A DNA stretch of 64,000 nucleotides from Planctomycetota bacterium (lineage in GTDB: Bacteria > Planctomycetota > B15-G4 > JADJEK01). The stretch is from positions 1-64,000 of the forward strand of contig JBGAIQ010000018.1 of NCBI GenBank assembly GCA_044225365.1. The letters are read 5' to 3'. This document shows, piece after piece, positions 1 through 11,293 of this stretch (position 1 is its first letter; each line of letters begins with the position of its first letter). A program made the position numbers and the translations under genes. Under the pieces are notes generated by a model that saw only the letters and a program-made list of their open reading frames with translations, ran no database searches and had not been told where the DNA came from.

Positions 1-124
1 GGTAGGCGTGCGCGATCCGATCCATGCGCAACGCATTCTTCAGCGTCTGCGCGACGGCCGGCTGGCCCGCGACCTCGTCGAAGGTCTGCGGTCGGTACTT
101 GCGTGCGATGACGAGGTAGCTCAT
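1..124 (-). CDS. dnaX: DNA polymerase III subunit gamma/tau, N-terminus (runs off window)
   Basis: Manual translation from ATG at 124: [41 protein letters not shown], the characteristic DnaX N-terminus; ffs/tadA neighbourhood. Confidence 0.95.
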   Translation of the reverse strand, partial: MSYLVIARKYRPQTFDEVAGQPAVAQTLKNALRMDRIAHAY

Positions 125-261
125 CGCGCTCGATCATAGTGGGGACGACGAACAGCCGCCAGTTCGCGTCGAGGCGTGGGGACGTGCGTCAGGAGAGAGT
201 GCGACCGGGTGCCGAATTGCTGCGCGGTCGACGTTGGCGAAAGAAACATGAGCGGCCCCGG

Positions 262-350
262 TGCGGCACGGCAAGCACCCGATGGAGCATGCTTATGGCT
301 GCTCCCGTCAAGGCCTGACCAAGTTCGCAGTCCACCGTCGCCCGTCGCGA
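262..350 (-). ncRNA. ffs: Signal recognition particle RNA (small bacterial type); ends approximate
   Basis: Minus strand GGTCAGG-CCT-TGAC-GGG-AGCAGCC matches the SRP helix-8 motif, with flanking complementary arms; lies upstream of dnaX as is common. Confidence 0.85.
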
Positions 351-411
351 TCGCTGCCGAAGACCGCTCATGCGTTTCGTTTCGAGCCGTGATGACGGCT
401 TGGATTTGAGC

Positions 412-504
412 TGGCGGAGAGGGAGGGATTTGAACCCTCGGGACAGGTTTTGCCCACCCACACGCTTTCCAAGCGTGCTCATTCGACCGCTCTGACACCT
501 CTCC
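412..504 (-). tRNA. tRNA-Ser (GGA)
   Basis: GGAGAGG acceptor stem, anticodon arm CACGC-TTGGAAA-GCGTG, long variable arm, GTTCAAATC T-loop, encoded CCA. Confidence 0.97.
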
Positions 505-544
505 GGATTGGATCGTTGTTGCGTTGTCCGTCAGACGAAAAAAG

Positions 545-635
545 TGGCGGAGAGGGAGGGATTTGAACCCTCGGAACCGGAAACCGATTCATCGGTTTTC
601 GAGACCGACCCATTCGACCGCTCTGGCACCTCTCC
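545..635 (-). tRNA. tRNA-Ser (CGA)
   Basis: GGAGAGG acceptor stem, anticodon arm TCGGT-CTCGAAA-ACCGA, long variable arm, T-loop, encoded CCA. Confidence 0.97.
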
Positions 636-758
636 GCACTCTGTCTGACTGAAAGTCGTTGTCTCTGTTCGTGTCGACCGCGGACGCCGCCACCGCCGAC
701 TCGAAGCCTAGTCTAATCGCGGCGCTCCGAATCGCATCGAAACATCGCGCCTCGGACG

Positions 759-1310
759 CTACTCGTCCAGCCCGCCCGGACCGCCTGAGCGGCCTGGACG
801 CTTGCGCCGGCGTTCGAAGAACTCGCGCATCAGGCGCGACGCTTCGTCCGCGAGCACACCGCCACGTACCTTCGCGCGATGATTGAGGCGCGAATTGCGC
901 AACACCTCGATCACCGAGCCGCAGGCTCCGGCCTTGGGATCCGGCGCGCCGAAGACGACCCGCCGCAACCTCGACCAAACCGCTGCACCCGCGCACATCG
1001 GACACGGCTCCACCGTCACGTAGAGGGTCGCGTCCGACAGTCGATCGTTCTCGAGCGCCGCCGCGGCCTGCGTGATCGCGAGCATCTCCGCGTGCGCCGT
1101 GGGATCGCGCAGCACCACCATTTGGTTGTGCGCCCGACCCACCACCGTACCGGCCGACACGATCACCGCGCCGATCGGCACTTCGCCCGCTTCGAATGCT
1201 TGCTGCGCGAGCCGCAGAGCGAGCGCCATGAAACGCTCGTCGCCGAGCGCTTCCGCGTCGCCCTCGCCGTGGGTTGCTTCCCGATCGTCGTCGAACTCGC
1301 CCGACGTCAT
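759..1310 (-). CDS. tadA: tRNA adenosine(34) deaminase
   Basis: GEVPIGAV, HAE and EPCPMC zinc-deaminase motifs, FF at C-terminus. Confidence 0.95.
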   Translation of the reverse strand: MTSGEFDDDREATHGEGDAEALGDERFMALALRLAQQAFEAGEVPIGAVIVSAGTVVGRAHNQMVVLRDPTAHAEMLAITQAAAALENDRLSDATLYVTVEPCPMCAGAAVWSRLRRVVFGAPDPKAGACGSVIEVLRNSRLNHRAKVRGGVLADEASRLMREFFERRRKRPGRSGGPGGLDE

Positions 1311-1449
1311 GGAACGCAGCCTCGTCGAGCGCCTCGCACGAAAGCCAAGTACGGAACTCCTCTCATGATCGAACGTGGCCCGTCGTGACGGACCTCGACT
1401 CGCTCATGGCGCGGTGCGACCCCAACACGGGTCCCTCACCGCTGATGTC

Positions 1450-1526
1450 TGGTACACCCGAGAGGACTCGAACCTCTAACCTACGGCTTCGTAGGCCGTC
1501 GCTCTATCCAGTTGAGCTACGGGTGC
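1450..1526 (-). tRNA. tRNA-Arg (ACG)
   Basis: GCACCCGTAGCTCAACTGGATAGAGC...ACGGC-CTACGAA-GCCGT...GGTTCGAGTCC...CCA. Confidence 0.97.
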
Positions 1527-1764
1527 TCGTGTGTTTGCGGCAGCCTTTTCAGACTGCACAGCAAAAGCGCGGTGTTTTACGGGTCTCGTGAGATCGCGTC
1601 AAGAGCGGCGCGGATTCGCAGGCGCGCAATGTCTTCGCGCGGCGTTCGTCGTCACGCGGGGCTTCGAAAAAAAAATCTCACAAATCGTTCAAGACGACTC
1701 CGGATGCCACCGATTCTCCGAGTGAGGGTGTTCCTCTTTCGTTTTCCTCACTCAAGGAGTTCTC

Positions 1765-1830
1765 ATGGCCGCGAAAAAGAAGGCCAAGAAGGCCGCCAAG
1801 AAGGCCAAGAAGGCCGCGAAGAAGAAGTGA
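1765..1830 (+). CDS. 21-aa Lys/Ala-only basic mini-protein (MAAKKKAKKAAKKAKKAAKKK), histone H1-like repeat
   Basis: AAGGAG at 1754-1759, 5 nt before ATG; mostly AAG/GCC/GCG codons; followed by hairpins; below the ORF-track size cut-off. Confidence 0.75.
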   Translation: MAAKKKAKKAAKKAKKAAKKK

Positions 1831-1891
1831 CTTCTCGCGCTCCGTGACTACGGAGCTCCAGTGGTTCGACACAATCGGCTGCTGGAAAGCA

Positions 1892-1957
1892 TTCAGGCAA
1901 GGCAGAGGCGACGTCGCTCGTGGATCGAGGGCGTCGCCTCGCTGCTTGCATGCTGAA
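1892..1957. terminator. Long GC-rich hairpin between convergent genes (probable bidirectional terminator)
   Basis: GAGGCGACGTC...GGCGTCGCCTC core with flanking TTCAG/CTGAA pairing. Confidence 0.5.
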
Positions 1958-1963
1958 GCGAAT

Positions 1964-3136
1964 TCAGATCGCGCGCAGGAAGAAGCACTTCAGGTAGCGC
2001 GACTCGGGAAGCTGCAGCAGGATCGGGTGGTCGATGTCCTGCTGGCCGCGTTCCTGGAGCACGAACGATCGCCCGGCGTCCGCCGCGGCGGCGCGCAGCA
2101 TGTCCTCGAAGAGCGGCTCGTCGACCTGGTAGGAGCACGACGCACTCACCAGGAGCCCGCCCTCCTTCAACAGCTTCATCGCGCGCAGATTGATCTCGCG
2201 ATAACCGCGCAGCGCATCGTCGCGTTCGGCCTTGTTCTTCGCGAAGGCCGGCGGATCGAGGACGATGAGGTCGAAACGCGCATCCTCCTTCACCATCGCT
2301 CGGAGCCGGTCGAACGAGTTCGCGCGCTCCGCGACCACGTTGGAGAGACCATTCCGCGCCGCGTTCGCGGCGATGCGCTCGACCGCGCTCTTCGAATCGT
2401 CGAACGCGAGCACGCTCCCGGCTCGCTTCGCCGCATGGAGAGCGAATCCTCCGGTGTACGAGAACGCATCGAGCACGCTTCCGCCCTGCGGCACGAGTTC
2501 GCCCGTCCGAATGCGATTCCTGCGCTGATCGAGGAAGAACCCCGTCTTCTGCCCCGCCGTGAGCTCGACCTCGAACTCGATTCCGTCCTCGTTCACCACC
2601 GTCTTCTCGATCGGCTCGCCCGCGAGCCATTTCACTTCGAGCGGCAGGTTCTCGAGCTTGCGGACGGACACGTCGTTGCGCCCGAGCACCGCTTTCACAC
2701 CCGGGATCTCGAGCGCCCACTTCGTGAGGTCGGGCAGCATGAGCTCGATGAAGTGCGAGAGACTCTGAAGGACGACGACCTCCGCATAGCGGTCGACGAT
2801 GAGACCTGGGAATCCGTCGGCCTCCGACGAGATGAGACGAGCGGCGTTCGACACTCTGGCGATCGGAGCTCGCCGCGCAACGGATGCGTGGAACCGCTCG
2901 CGCAATTGGTCCATCGTCGGCACGTCGATGTGCTCACCGAAGGCGAGGAAGCGCAAAGCGATCTTCGAATCGGCCGAGTACGCCGCGAACCCGAGCTGGC
3001 GCCGATCGACGTCGACGACGCGAACGATCGCCCCCGACGTCGCCACGCCGGTCTCGATCTGATCGCGGAACACCCAGGGATGGCGCCCATCCGCACGACG
3101 ACGACCCCGCGCACGCAAACGGAATTCAGCGATCAC
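1964..3136 (-). CDS. rlmI: RlmI/YccW-family SAM-dependent 23S rRNA m5C methyltransferase
   Basis: PUA-like HPWVF N-terminus, GQKTGFFLDQR, LDAFSYTGGF, DPPAF, SCS, PESRYLK motifs; start approximate. Confidence 0.85.
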   Translation of the reverse strand: MIAEFRLRARGRRRADGRHPWVFRDQIETGVATSGAIVRVVDVDRRQLGFAAYSADSKIALRFLAFGEHIDVPTMDQLRERFHASVARRAPIARVSNAARLISSEADGFPGLIVDRYAEVVVLQSLSHFIELMLPDLTKWALEIPGVKAVLGRNDVSVRKLENLPLEVKWLAGEPIEKTVVNEDGIEFEVELTAGQKTGFFLDQRRNRIRTGELVPQGGSVLDAFSYTGGFALHAAKRAGSVLAFDDSKSAVERIAANAARNGLSNVVAERANSFDRLRAMVKEDARFDLIVLDPPAFAKNKAERDDALRGYREINLRAMKLLKEGGLLVSASCSYQVDEPLFEDMLRAAAADAGRSFVLQERGQQDIDHPILLQLPESRYLKCFFLRAI

Positions 3137-3782
3137 GAAACCACTCCTCACAATCGAAATCGTCGAGCGAATCGAGCACTTGGTCGGCGAGCGAGAGATC
3201 GAGGCCTTCCGTCGCCTCGGTGCGCACCCCGACGACGCGCATGCCGGCGGCGCGCGCCGCGAGGATGCCGTTCGGCGCGTCCTCGATGACGAGGCAGTTC
3301 GCGGGATCGATGCCCCGACTCTTCGCCGCGAATAGAAAAAGATCGGGGGCCGGCTTGCCGCGACCCACCTGCTTCGCCGAGAACAGGCCGCTGAAGGACG
3401 AACGAAGCCCGAGCGATCGAACGATCGCCTCGATCAACTCCGGAGGCGACGACGACGCGACGACGGTGTCGACGCTCCGCACCTTGAGTTGCAGGATGAG
3501 CTCGCAGACGCCCGCATTCGGCTCGAGGCCGGCGCCGAGGAGTTCGAGCAATTCCGCGGTCTTCGCGCGCGCGTAGTGGCCAACGTCATGAAGGAGCCGG
3601 TGCTCGCGCTTGAGGATCTCGAACATCATCTCGTCCGTGTTCCCGAGGAATCGCTGGACGCCGCGAGGATCGAGAACGACCCCTTCCGCGGCGAGGACGC
3701 GGTTCAGGGCGTCGAGATGGATCGGCTCGGTATCGGCGAGGACGCCGTCCATGTCGAAGAGGACGAGATCGATGGAGCTCAT
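3126..3782 (-). CDS. HAD-family phosphatase (beta-PGM-like)
   Basis: FDMDGVLADT, ASS, KPAPDLF, EDAPNGI motifs. Confidence 0.9.
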   Translation of the reverse strand: MSSIDLVLFDMDGVLADTEPIHLDALNRVLAAEGVVLDPRGVQRFLGNTDEMMFEILKREHRLLHDVGHYARAKTAELLELLGAGLEPNAGVCELILQLKVRSVDTVVASSSPPELIEAIVRSLGLRSSFSGLFSAKQVGRGKPAPDLFLFAAKSRGIDPANCLVIEDAPNGILAARAAGMRVVGVRTEATEGLDLSLADQVLDSLDDFDCEEWFRDR

Positions 3783-3894
3783 GCAAACGTGAGAAACTAC
3801 ACGACGGCGGCGGCGGCGTCATGGACGAAGGACCGCGACGCTCCAATCGCTCGCGGCCTTCGAGGGGTCTTCGGTCTGTGCTACCCTTCCGTCG

Positions 3895-4068
3895 ATGAGC
3901 CGAATCGTCCCCATCCTTCCCGCGATCGCAGGCGCCTGGATCGTCGTTCTCGCAATCTACATCGGATTCACGGAATCGCGGCGCGACTCGCTCCTCGGCG
4001 GCGCGCTCCTCGCCTTCCTGATCGTCGGATGGCTCGTCGCCGGACGGCGCCGAGGGACGGCGCCATGA
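3895..4068 (+). CDS. Small two-TM membrane protein (57 aa), copy 1
   Basis: Manual translation MSRIVPILPAIAGAWIVVLAIYIGF...GTAP; ATGA overlap with next gene; paralogous to 4659-4850. Confidence 0.6.
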   Translation: MSRIVPILPAIAGAWIVVLAIYIGFTESRRDSLLGGALLAFLIVGWLVAGRRRGTAP

Positions 4069-4622
4069 CGGACGAGTTCGTCGTGTTCGAACCTAGCATC
4101 ATTGCGCTGGCCGCCGTGGCCACCCTTCCGCTGGCGTGGCACGCCGTGAAGACGCACGGGGTGTTCTTTGCGCTGATCTGGCTCGGACTCACGAGCGTGC
4201 TCTGTTTCCACTTCGAGCCGCGGGTGACAGTGTTCCTTTGTGACCCGTTCGATCTCGGTTTCGTGGTACGCATGAATCCGCCGTGGAAGCCCTACGGAAT
4301 GGCGCTCGACGGAGGGATCGCCTGTTACCTCGGCGCTCTGTTGGCGAAGGGCTACGTCGAGCGTACATCGCATCGCGGATCGATCCCCGTCTTCGTGCTC
4401 GTGTCCGCGCTCACGACTCCTCTGGTCGCACTGCCGCTCCTGCGCATCGGGGCGATTGCGAGTGAGGTCCCTTCGAATTTAGCGCACGGCCTTCCGACGT
4501 TCTCCGCGATCGGGGCGGGCTTCGGTCTCGCCTATCGACTCGTGAGCCTCGGGACGGAGAACAACGCCTTGAAGTTCTCGGTCCTCGGGTTCGCCGTCGC
4601 TCTCGCACTCGTGGCGATCTGA
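4065..4622 (+). CDS. Multi-TM membrane protein, copy 1 (weakly CruF/carotenoid-biosynthesis-protein-like)
   Basis: Hydrophobic helices; HAVKTHG.FALIWLGL motif shared with 4847-5455. Confidence 0.65.
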   Translation: MTDEFVVFEPSIIALAAVATLPLAWHAVKTHGVFFALIWLGLTSVLCFHFEPRVTVFLCDPFDLGFVVRMNPPWKPYGMALDGGIACYLGALLAKGYVERTSHRGSIPVFVLVSALTTPLVALPLLRIGAIASEVPSNLAHGLPTFSAIGAGFGLAYRLVSLGTENNALKFSVLGFAVALALVAI

Positions 4623-4658
4623 GCCCCCTCCTCGCCCCACGCGAGTTACATTACGCGC

Positions 4659-4850
4659 ATGAATCGGCTGATCGCAACGCTGCCCTCCATCGCCGTGCTG
4701 ATGCTCATCGGAGTGAACGTTTGGGGGGCGGGTCCTCATCACCGAGGTCGATGCCTGCTCGCGGCGCTGCCGCTGATCGCGATCCTCGTCGCGTATCGGA
4801 TCGCGACGCCGCTGGACCGTGCGGCCGCCGACGGGAGCGCCCCGCCGTGA
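4659..4850 (+). CDS. Small two-TM membrane protein (63 aa), copy 2
   Basis: MNRLIATLPSIA... resembles 3895-4068; GTGA overlap with next gene. Confidence 0.6.
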   Translation: MNRLIATLPSIAVLMLIGVNVWGAGPHHRGRCLLAALPLIAILVAYRIATPLDRAAADGSAPP

Positions 4851-5455
4851 TCCCCGACGTCTTCCTCGCGGTCGCACTCGGTGCGCTCAGCCTTCTCGTG
4901 GTCCACGCGGTTTCGAAGCATGGCCGGTCGTTCGCCGCGATTTGGCTAGGGCTTCCCTCGGTCGCACTCCTGGGCCTCGCTTTCCTGTTGAACTCGCGAC
5001 TGCGGATGCCGGACTTCGTCCCTGCGTGGCTGGAGTTCACGGGCGCGTTCTATGTCTCGGCCGTCTCCGCCAAGGGCCTCATGGAGCGATCGCGGCGAGG
5101 GGGTTCCCCGCTCTCGTTCGCGGCGGCGACTGCGGTGGTCGCAGCGGCATTCGCCGCATTCCTCGCCGAAGCCGATTCGCGCACGATCGTCGATTCGGGC
5201 GCCACCGATTGTCTCATGTCCATCGCATTGTGGTGGAACCCGATCCGCGCCGTTCCGAGCGGGTTCGTTCTCGGCTTCGTCGCATTCTGCTTCCTCTACG
5301 CTTTCGCGTACGGGTGGGTCAGTACGCGGACGTCGCGGAACGGGAAGAAGCTGGCGGTTCTCGGCGCCCTGTGCGGATTCCTCGCCGCGCCGGGACTCGC
5401 ATTTCGAGCCCTCGAGCCGTTCATGATTTGGCTCCTCGCGAAGCTCGTGAACTAA
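4847..5455 (+). CDS. Multi-TM membrane protein, copy 2
   Basis: HAVSKHG.FAAIWLGL, AKGLMER and AY..VS..T..N..K..VLG motifs shared with 4065-4622. Confidence 0.65.
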   Translation: MIPDVFLAVALGALSLLVVHAVSKHGRSFAAIWLGLPSVALLGLAFLLNSRLRMPDFVPAWLEFTGAFYVSAVSAKGLMERSRRGGSPLSFAAATAVVAAAFAAFLAEADSRTIVDSGATDCLMSIALWWNPIRAVPSGFVLGFVAFCFLYAFAYGWVSTRTSRNGKKLAVLGALCGFLAAPGLAFRALEPFMIWLLAKLVN

Positions 5456-5476
5456 ACGACCGCTCGCGATTCTGGT

Positions 5477-6157
5477 TCAGCCGTCGGCGTCGCGCGATCC
5501 GACGAGGCTCGGCCGACCCGGATCGAGCACGAACGAGAAGCGCTTCTCGTTGAACACGTCGATCAGCGCATCGGTCCCTTCGCGCACTTTGAGATCGAGT
5601 TCGCCCGCGGTGAGGAGCACGGGCCATAGCATGTTGAGCGGATCGCCGTCGATCTCGACGACGTGGTGCATGTCCTTCTCGGGATGCACGTTGCTGCGCA
5701 GCATGAGCACCGCGACGAGGTTCGATCCGGGGAAGAGCGGCGACGGCGGATCTCCGTTCGGGATCGAATGGCCGTGACCGACCCACGCGCGATGGGAGAA
5801 CGGAAGACGCGCCAGGACCCGCAGCAGCTCGAAGATGCTGTCGCCCGGTTGATCGACGTAGATCACGATCTCGGCCCTTCGCACTTCGCGTGCGAATTCA
5901 TCGGGCGCGATCATCGGCTCGTCGCTCATTCCGCTCGTGACCACCGTGTAGAACTCGCGTCCCGCGTGCCCAGGACCGAAGACGTGGAGATCGATCCGCG
6001 GCGACTCGTCCTCGCTGCCCTCGATCACTTCGAGCGCGGGGCCGAACAGGCGGCGATAGATCGAGGCGCGCGCGGCCCGACGCTCTTCGAGGGTCGACGG
6101 CACGCCCTCCGTCCCGCCGCACGAGATCTTGCGTTTGCCTTCGTTCGGCGCGCTCAT
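5477..6157 (-). CDS. Suppressor-of-fused (SUFU) domain protein
   Basis: IDLHVFGP...YTVVTSGMSD.PM...RAEI...GHGHSIPNG...LT..EL..K...G motifs typical of bacterial SUFU domains; overlaps spoVR stop. Confidence 0.8.
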   Translation of the reverse strand: MSAPNEGKRKISCGGTEGVPSTLEERRAARASIYRRLFGPALEVIEGSEDESPRIDLHVFGPGHAGREFYTVVTSGMSDEPMIAPDEFAREVRRAEIVIYVDQPGDSIFELLRVLARLPFSHRAWVGHGHSIPNGDPPSPLFPGSNLVAVLMLRSNVHPEKDMHHVVEIDGDPLNMLWPVLLTAGELDLKVREGTDALIDVFNEKRFSFVLDPGRPSLVGSRDADG

Positions 6158-7683
6158 TCGCTGCCTCCGCGCCCGACCGCGACCGGTTGCGAGGTCGCCG
6201 AGATCTCCTGCGTCGTGATCGAGCCCTTCGGGTCGTTGCAAGTCATGAGCACGCCCTTGCCCTCGACGGCACTCTCGAGATGGACCGGCCGATTCCAGAT
6301 CCGGCGCAGGTTCTTGAGGGTCTCCGACGCGAAGTCGATCTGTAGATCGACGCCATTCCACTCGTGCTTCAAGTAGAGCTCGCCGCGATTGCCGTGATTG
6401 CCGTCGGTGACGTAGATGAAGGGCTGTCCCCAATTCGTCAGCGAGTGAAGGAGCTGCGCCTTCACCTTCCGCCAGTCGCGATCGAGGATCTCGTGCTGCC
6501 CGGTCTTGCGATTGAAGCCATAGACGAAGAGCTTCTGCGCGACGCAGAACTCCTCGTGCATGAACGTGTCGAGGAACGTGACGTCGTTGTGGCTCTTCCT
6601 CACCTCGAAGATCTTGTCGCGACCGAGGCCGAGCCTTTGGTCGCGCTTGACCTGCGTCTCGTAGTCCTCGAGTTCCTCCCACTCCTTGCCGAACTTGCCG
6701 CGGTTCCAGCGATCCTCGATGTCGCGATAGAGCTCGATCCCGAGCTTGTACGGATTGAGTCGACCGGGGGACGTGGCGAGCGTGCCGCTGTGGTGATCGG
6801 CGTAATCGATGACCTCGGAGGCGGAGAGCACCTTCTTCGTCATCATCGTCGAGTGCCAGTACGAGGCCCAGCCCTCGTTCATGATCTTCGTCATCGCCTG
6901 CGGCGCGAAGTAGTAGGCCTCGTCGCGCACGATCTCGAGGATCTCGCCCTGCCAGCGCTTCAAGGGCGCGTGATCGAGCAGGAACTTGAGCACGTCGCGC
7001 ACGGGGGACGGCGGGAAGTGGGACTCCTGTTCGATCTCGCGCCGGATGCGATCCTTCTCGCGATCGATCTCATCGCGCGGATTGATGAACGCATCCATGT
7101 AGGACTTCGCCCGGAATTTCACGGGCTCGTCCTCGATGTGCCGCTGCGGCTCCTCGCGCGCCTTGGTGTCGCGCTTGATGAACATCGAGTGCGGATCGAT
7201 GAGGTTGTCGAGGGAGAGGCAGGCGTCGAGGAACGTCTCGACCTCTTCGATCCCGACTCGGTCGATCGCGCGGCGGATCACGGTTCCGTGATTCGCCATG
7301 TGATCCATCATCTTGCGATCGGTGCGGCTGAACCACAGGTTGTTCTTGAAGAAGTCGCAGTGCCCGAAGACGTGGGCCATGACGAGCTTCTGGTCCACCA
7401 TCAGGTTCGACCGCATGAGGTACGCGTAGCACGGATCGTTGTTGATCACGAGCTCGTAGATCTTCGAGAGCCCGTACGTGTACCCCTTCTCGAGTTCGTC
7501 GTACTCCATGCCGTAGCGCCAGTGCGGGTAGCGCGTCGGGAAGCCGCCGTACGCGGCGACCTCGTTCAACTCGTCGGAGTCGAGGAGTTCGAAGATCGTC
7601 TCGAAGAAGTCGAGGCCATACGCCCTGGCGTACCCTTCGATCTCCTTGCGCGCGGCTTCGAGCTCGGGCGTGAGCTGGCTCAT
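6154..7683 (-). CDS. spoVR: SpoVR/YcgB family protein
   Basis: [59 protein letters not shown]. Confidence 0.95.
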   Translation of the reverse strand: MSQLTPELEAARKEIEGYARAYGLDFFETIFELLDSDELNEVAAYGGFPTRYPHWRYGMEYDELEKGYTYGLSKIYELVINNDPCYAYLMRSNLMVDQKLVMAHVFGHCDFFKNNLWFSRTDRKMMDHMANHGTVIRRAIDRVGIEEVETFLDACLSLDNLIDPHSMFIKRDTKAREEPQRHIEDEPVKFRAKSYMDAFINPRDEIDREKDRIRREIEQESHFPPSPVRDVLKFLLDHAPLKRWQGEILEIVRDEAYYFAPQAMTKIMNEGWASYWHSTMMTKKVLSASEVIDYADHHSGTLATSPGRLNPYKLGIELYRDIEDRWNRGKFGKEWEELEDYETQVKRDQRLGLGRDKIFEVRKSHNDVTFLDTFMHEEFCVAQKLFVYGFNRKTGQHEILDRDWRKVKAQLLHSLTNWGQPFIYVTDGNHGNRGELYLKHEWNGVDLQIDFASETLKNLRRIWNRPVHLESAVEGKGVLMTCNDPKGSITTQEISATSQPVAVGRGGSE

Positions 7684-8801
7684 CGTCCGGTCCCCAGGAA
7701 ACGACGGATCGAATCGAGGATCGAATCGCGATCGGGGATCTCCGACGTCACGACTCGCTTCTCCTCGGGGAACGCTCGATCGAGGTCCTTCTTGAACTGG
7801 CCGCTGCCATAGGCCGAGCGTACCTGGCCGTAACAGAAGATGTTCGACTTCGGGAGGATGTCGTCCGTGAGCAGCTTGATGCACCGCTCCGTGTCGCGGC
7901 CGCTCCAGTTGTCGCCGTCGCTGAAGTGGAACGGATACACGTTCCATTCGCCCGGCGGGAATTGCGCGTCGATCATCCGCAGGCACAGCTCGTAGGCCGA
8001 GCTGATCTTCGTGCCGCCACTTTCGCGGAGGTGATAGAAGGTCTCGCGATCGACTTCGCGCGCGGCCGCATCGTGGACGATGTACCGCACCTCGAGATTC
8101 TTGTACTGCGAGCGCAGCCAGGTATCGATCCAGAACGACTCGGTGCGAACGAGATCCTTCTGCTCTTTCCCCATCGAGCCCGACACATCCATCATGTAGA
8201 TGATGACGGCGTTGAACTCGGGCTTCAGGACCTCCTTGCGCGAGCGGTAGCGCCGGTCGTCCTTGATCGGGATGATGATCGGATCCTCAGGATCGTAGAT
8301 GCCGGAGGCGATCTGGCGCTTCAGGGCTTCCTTGAACGTACGACGGAAGTGACGCAGCGATTCGGGCCCTTGCTGACTGACACCGGTGTAGCGTCCGCCG
8401 TAGTCCTCGATCTGGTTCTTGCCGCGCGGCTCGATGCGCGGGAGTTCGAGTTCCTCACCCAGGATCTGCGCCAGCTCCTCGAGCGTGATCTCGACTTCGA
8501 GCGGGTGCTTCCCGGGTTGATCGCCCGCTGCGCCTTCGCCCTCGCCTTCGTCGACCTTGTCGCCGGGATCCCCATCGCCCTGACCAATCTGGCCCTTCGG
8601 ATTCGGTCCGTATCGGAAGCGCGGCAGTTGGATCTGCGGCATCGGGATCGAGACGATGTTCTTGCCCTTGCGTCCGAGCATCTCGTGATGCGTGACGTAC
8701 TTCTTCAGGTCCTGCTTGATCTTTCCACGGACGATCTCGTGGAACCGATTGCGGTCCTTCTCGATCTTGCGCAAGGCGCCGAAGAGGTCGTCGTGGCTCA
8801 C
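7680..8801 (-). CDS. yeaH: YeaH/YhbH (DUF444) vWA-like protein
   Basis: [37 protein letters not shown]; located between prkA and spoVR. Confidence 0.93.
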   Translation of the reverse strand: MSHDDLFGALRKIEKDRNRFHEIVRGKIKQDLKKYVTHHEMLGRKGKNIVSIPMPQIQLPRFRYGPNPKGQIGQGDGDPGDKVDEGEGEGAAGDQPGKHPLEVEITLEELAQILGEELELPRIEPRGKNQIEDYGGRYTGVSQQGPESLRHFRRTFKEALKRQIASGIYDPEDPIIIPIKDDRRYRSRKEVLKPEFNAVIIYMMDVSGSMGKEQKDLVRTESFWIDTWLRSQYKNLEVRYIVHDAAAREVDRETFYHLRESGGTKISSAYELCLRMIDAQFPPGEWNVYPFHFSDGDNWSGRDTERCIKLLTDDILPKSNIFCYGQVRSAYGSGQFKKDLDRAFPEEKRVVTSEIPDRDSILDSIRRFLGTGR

Positions 8802-8815
8802 GTGGATCGCCCGGT

Positions 8816-10852
<2,037 letters not shown>

Positions 10853-11090
10853 GCCTGCCTCCGAACCGCGGTGGATGTCGCGCACAAGCTAGACAGCGAA
10901 TCACGTCGGTGGAAGCTCGAATCGTGTGCTGCTCGCCTCCCTGTTCTCGACGCAATGGCGAGGGCACCTGAATAGCTTCTGCGGTTGCGGGCTCTCTTCG
11001 ACCGCATCGTGGACGATTTGCCGGCGCCGTTCGACGGCGCTTCGATCGCGCTCGATTCGGCCGGGCGAAGCCGGCAGCAGGCCGCGGTGC

Positions 11091-11133
11091 AAAAAAGAAG
11101 AGCGATGACCGGCTCTCCCGACGGTCACCGCTC
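11091..11133 (-). terminator. Intrinsic terminator
   Basis: Minus strand GAGCGGTGACCG-loop-CGGTCATCGCTC (12-bp stem) followed by TTCTTTTTT. Confidence 0.8.
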
Positions 11134-11285
11134 TCCTGAAGAGTGGCACTCCGCTCCGTTCAACGGAATGCCCAAGCCGAAGTCTCTCCTCCTCGACTCT
11201 GTCTCTCCGCACGAAACACACGACACCGCGCTGGCGAAGTCTGAACGCCAACTCGGGCGTGTCCAAAACCGTCCAGACCCGAGGC
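11091..11285 (-). ncRNA. Candidate GGA-hairpin small RNA (CsrB/RsmZ-like architecture) or structured leader of the prkA operon
   Basis: 9 GGA and 4 GGAGAG motifs, several in or at hairpin loops; terminator at 3' end; sigma54-like promoter at 5' end. Confidence 0.5.
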
Positions 11286-11293
11286 CATCTCTT

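Noticed and set aside
412-1526. tRNA genes as possible integration sites for a genomic island
   Set aside because: No integrase, no duplicated tRNA 3' end noticed elsewhere in the window, and housekeeping genes on both sides
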